The notes below the pieces were generated by a model that was not told the origin of the DNA, did not search any database, and saw nothing but the letters and a program-made list of their open reading frames with translations. The position numbers were made by a program, and so were the translations under genes. Positions 59,495 to 62,145 of a DNA stretch of 62,145 bases are shown piece after piece. This stretch comes from an uncultured Bacilli bacterium (GTDB lineage: Bacteria; Bacillota_I; Bacilli_A; RF39; UBA660): positions 1 to 62,145 of the forward strand of contig CANROK010000002.1 in assembly GCA_947632205.1 (NCBI GenBank). The letters are read 5' to 3'. Numbering within the stretch: position 1 is the first letter of the stretch; each line of letters begins with the position of its first letter.

Positions 59495-59974
59495 ATGGAA
59501 GAACAAGAAAGATTATTTATAGAACTATATAAAATACTTGATGATAATAAAGATAAGAATATTGAAAATGATAGAATAAGAAAATATAAAGAATCAGAAA
59601 AAATAATTGTTAATCATAGTAAATATGAATATAATCTATTATTAAATGAATTTAGTTGTTTTATTAAAAATATTTTAAAAGATTATAGTAATGAAAAAGA
59701 TATATTAATTAATAGATGTATTAGTGAAAAAGAAATAGTATATTCCGATTATTATACTAAAGACGCAATTAATTATTTAAAACTATTTTTAGAAAGAAAT
59801 AACTTAGGAGATATTTTATACAATAAAATAATAATATGGCATAATAATATTACTATTGCAGATTTAATTAATAGTTATTTAGAAGATTTAAATACTTTAA
59901 AACGTATAATAATGGAAGAAGATATAGGAATTACATTAAGTAGAAAAAGAAATGGAGAGAAAGATGAAAAATAA
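59495..59974 (+). CDS. hypothetical protein, short paralog of the following gene
   Basis: TTGCAA-17-TATTAT promoter at about 59443-59471 and an AAAGAGAG RBS. It shares the ...KYEYNLLLNEFSCFIKN...YSD...IIWHNN...DLINSYLEDLNTLKR block with 59952-60881. Confidence 0.55.
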   Translation: MEEQERLFIELYKILDDNKDKNIENDRIRKYKESEKIIVNHSKYEYNLLLNEFSCFIKNILKDYSNEKDILINRCISEKEIVYSDYYTKDAINYLKLFLERNNLGDILYNKIIIWHNNITIADLINSYLEDLNTLKRIIMEEDIGITLSRKRNGEKDEK

Positions 59975-60881
59975 TTTCTATGAAATTGTAAAGAATAATG
60001 GGGAAAAAGAAAGTGAATTAAAAGTAAAAAGAGAGGAAGAAAGAGAAAAGGTAAGAATAATACTTAAAAAAGATGCTTATAGTAAATATAAGTATTATAT
60101 GCAAGAATTTCCAAGTTTTATTTCATCAGTAATTAATAATTATTCAGATCTTAATACGAAACTAACTAATGTTTCTTTAGATAATATTAGTATTAGTTAT
60201 TCAAGTTATAATAAAGAATACAATTATAAACATTTACAAGAATTTCTTAATAAGTATGCTCTAGGTACAATTGAATGTAACTCTATAATATGGAATAAAA
60301 ATAAAACAGTAAAAAACTTTATCGATGCTTATTATCAAGAACTTACATTATTAGAAGAAAGATTAGTAACTATTGAAGATCTAAAAGAACAATATTTAGA
60401 TTTATTAGAACATGATAAAGAAGTATATGGAAGTTTAATAAGTGATAAGTTATATAAATATTATTATTTAAAAAATTGTGATTTCAATAATATATCTTGT
60501 AAAATCCTATATTATTTACAATATTGGTTTGAAAAATATAACTATAATTTAGGTTCATTTGATACTCGGGAATATGATATTTCTGTATATGATGGTTCTG
60601 CAATATGGGAAGAATGTCATCCAGATCCAACATTTCATAATTTCTATTATAAAGAAATTCAATTAAGTAGTACATTATATAAATTATTAGAAGGTACAAC
60701 AAAATTTGATATTAACACTATTGAAAAAGAAGATTTAGAAAAATTAATAAGAGATATCAAAGCATTAGAATTACCTGATGATTTAGAAAAACCAGTTGAA
60801 AAAGTAGAACAACCAAGAGAAGCTAAAAAAGTAAATGTTAGTAGATCAAGAATATATAAAAATAATCATAATAGGCAATAA
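59952..60881 (+). CDS. hypothetical protein (309 aa) whose N-terminal half is paralogous to 59495-59974
   Basis: Shares KYKYYMQEFPSFISSVINNYSD...IIWNKNKTVKNFIDAYYQELTLLEERL with the upstream gene and overlaps it. The start is the ATG at 59952 or 59964. Confidence 0.55.
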   Translation: MERKMKNNFYEIVKNNGEKESELKVKREEEREKVRIILKKDAYSKYKYYMQEFPSFISSVINNYSDLNTKLTNVSLDNISISYSSYNKEYNYKHLQEFLNKYALGTIECNSIIWNKNKTVKNFIDAYYQELTLLEERLVTIEDLKEQYLDLLEHDKEVYGSLISDKLYKYYYLKNCDFNNISCKILYYLQYWFEKYNYNLGSFDTREYDISVYDGSAIWEECHPDPTFHNFYYKEIQLSSTLYKLLEGTTKFDINTIEKEDLEKLIRDIKALELPDDLEKPVEKVEQPREAKKVNVSRSRIYKNNHNRQ

Positions 60882-60906
60882 ATTACTCAAACGAGTAATT
60901 TTTTTA
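60882..60906 (+). terminator. intrinsic terminator
   Basis: ATTACTC-AAAC-GAGTAAT hairpin followed by TTTTTT. Confidence 0.75.
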
Positions 60907-61038
60907 TTTCATCTTTTTACTGATATTTCATTTTTTACCATGATATATCTTACCAACTAAATTAAAATTAAAGTTAGAGTAGTGTATGAATAATAAATAT
61001 GGTAATATACACTAAAAAAATGAAACGGAGGTGAAATA

Positions 61039-61716
61039 ATGGAAAAGGATAGAAGTGCAAGATTAATCGCTATAGTTGCCTTAGTTTTAGCAGTTACTGG
61101 TGTTTCAATTGGTTTCGCCGTTTTAAGTACTAACTTAACTATTCAAGCACCTGAAGCAAGCGTTAAAGCTAATAATGATTTATTTACAGTGTATTTTTCT
61201 GCTATTCCTATAAATTATCAAACTGGTCAAGTATCTCCAGAATTAAAACCATCTGCTGATGTAAATTTTGAAGGTAACAAAATAAATGTAGATGATAGTT
61301 CTACAACATTATCAGGAATTGGTGGAACATTTACTAAACCAGGACAATCTATTACTTATGCTATTGGAGTATCTAATAAAAGTAAATTAGATGGTTATTT
61401 AACTTCAATTACATTTAGTGATGTTGAAAGTGGTAAAAAAGTTAAATGTGAACCAGTTACTGATACTAATCCGATAGGTGTAGATGAAATGAACACTATT
61501 TGCGATAATATTAAAGTCTCTGTTAAAGTTAATGACACTGAGTATAATACTGATCAAGCCAGTCTTCAAAATATAAAAATTACAAAAGAAAGCACAATAC
61601 CATTTACTGTAATTATTAAATATGATGACGCTGCTGTACCTGCAACTGGAGATTTTAAAGCAACATTTGGTAATATTGTCTTAGGATTTAAAACACAAGA
61701 CAATTCAGGAGATTAA
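61039..61716 (+). CDS. secreted or signal-anchored hypothetical protein (225 aa)
   Basis: N-terminal RLIAIVALVLAVTGVSIGFAVL hydrophobic segment, then a beta-rich Ser/Thr/Asn domain. A GGAGGTG RBS lies upstream. Confidence 0.65.
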   Translation: MEKDRSARLIAIVALVLAVTGVSIGFAVLSTNLTIQAPEASVKANNDLFTVYFSAIPINYQTGQVSPELKPSADVNFEGNKINVDDSSTTLSGIGGTFTKPGQSITYAIGVSNKSKLDGYLTSITFSDVESGKKVKCEPVTDTNPIGVDEMNTICDNIKVSVKVNDTEYNTDQASLQNIKITKESTIPFTVIIKYDDAAVPATGDFKATFGNIVLGFKTQDNSGD

Positions 61717-62119
61717 GTATAAATATAAAATATATTCAAGCATAAGCTTGTAATATATTTTCACAAGACTATTTGGGAGATGAGAAATGAAAAGAGGGTA
61801 TAAAAGATTACTTATATTTGAATTAATATTATTAATTATTTTAATTCTAAATAGTTTTGAATAAATGTAACTATTCAGACTAATTCATGTTAAACGAGAG
61901 CTTTATAAAGAATGGCTCTCTTTTTAATTAAATAAAGTTTTGCTATTAAATATACAACACAAAAATGATAAAAACTCGCCATAATAAAACCCTTATTGCA
62001 AAAGGATGGATATTTGATGAATAATCAACTATCAAACTTCGGTTAAAATTAAAGTTAGAGTAATGTAAGAATAATAAATATGGTAATATACACTAAAAAA
62101 ATGAAACGGAGGTGAAATA

Positions 62120-62145
62120 ATGGAAAAGGATAGAAGTGCAAGATT
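62120..62145 (+). CDS. 5' end of a second copy of the 61039-type gene (truncated by the window end)
   Basis: Segment 62043-62145 repeats 60962-61064 with 2 mismatches, covering promoter, RBS and the MEKDRSAR start. Confidence 0.5.

Noticed and set aside
61787-61864. 25-codon ORF MKRGYKRLLIFELILLIILILNSFE with a GGGAGA RBS
   Set aside because: It could be a small membrane peptide or the 5' remnant of a degraded gene. It is too short to call without conservation or expression data.

Overview
This is a very AT-rich, origin-proximal chromosome segment from a spore-forming Bacillota organism. The gene order is Bacillus-like. TGA is a stop codon, and RF2 is present with its programmed frameshift, so the genetic code is 11. 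Every gene left of about 20.3 kb is on the minus strand (spoVT, mfd, pth, ricT, holB, bofA, recR, ybaB, dnaX, tadA, ffs, gyrA, gyrB, recF, a comK-like gene, dnaN, dnaA). Every gene to the right is on the plus strand (rpmH, rnpA, yidC, jag, mnmE, mnmG, rsmG, a noc-like parB-family gene, rpmE, prfB, pgk, spo0A, gpmI, then the full S10-spc-alpha ribosomal cluster through rplQ). This places a bipartite oriC around dnaA. I recognised no rRNA, tRNA, CRISPR, transposase or integrase. The most unusual element is the 1.28-kb ORF-free gap between gyrA and ffs (10069-11350). It is a tandem repeat array that interleaves six exact consensus parS sites (TGTTTCACGTGAAACA) with six Noc-binding-site palindromes, of which four are exact TATTTCCCGGGAAATA and two are decayed. 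The only ParB-family gene in the window looks Noc-like. It has no adjacent soj/spo0J and no N-terminal membrane-targeting extension. Accessory insertions into the conserved backbone are: (1) three tandem coiled-coil paralogs plus an orphan ORF between jag and mnmE; (2) a direct-repeat-flanked ORF, a ClpX-like AAA+ ATPase lacking the Zn finger and the ClpP-docking loop, and a small ORF between prfB and pgk; (3) four tandem exported Cys-pair paralogs after spo0A; (4) a paralog pair after rplQ; (5) a duplicated secreted-protein gene at the window end. All functional calls rest on motif recognition by eye and on synteny, with no database search.
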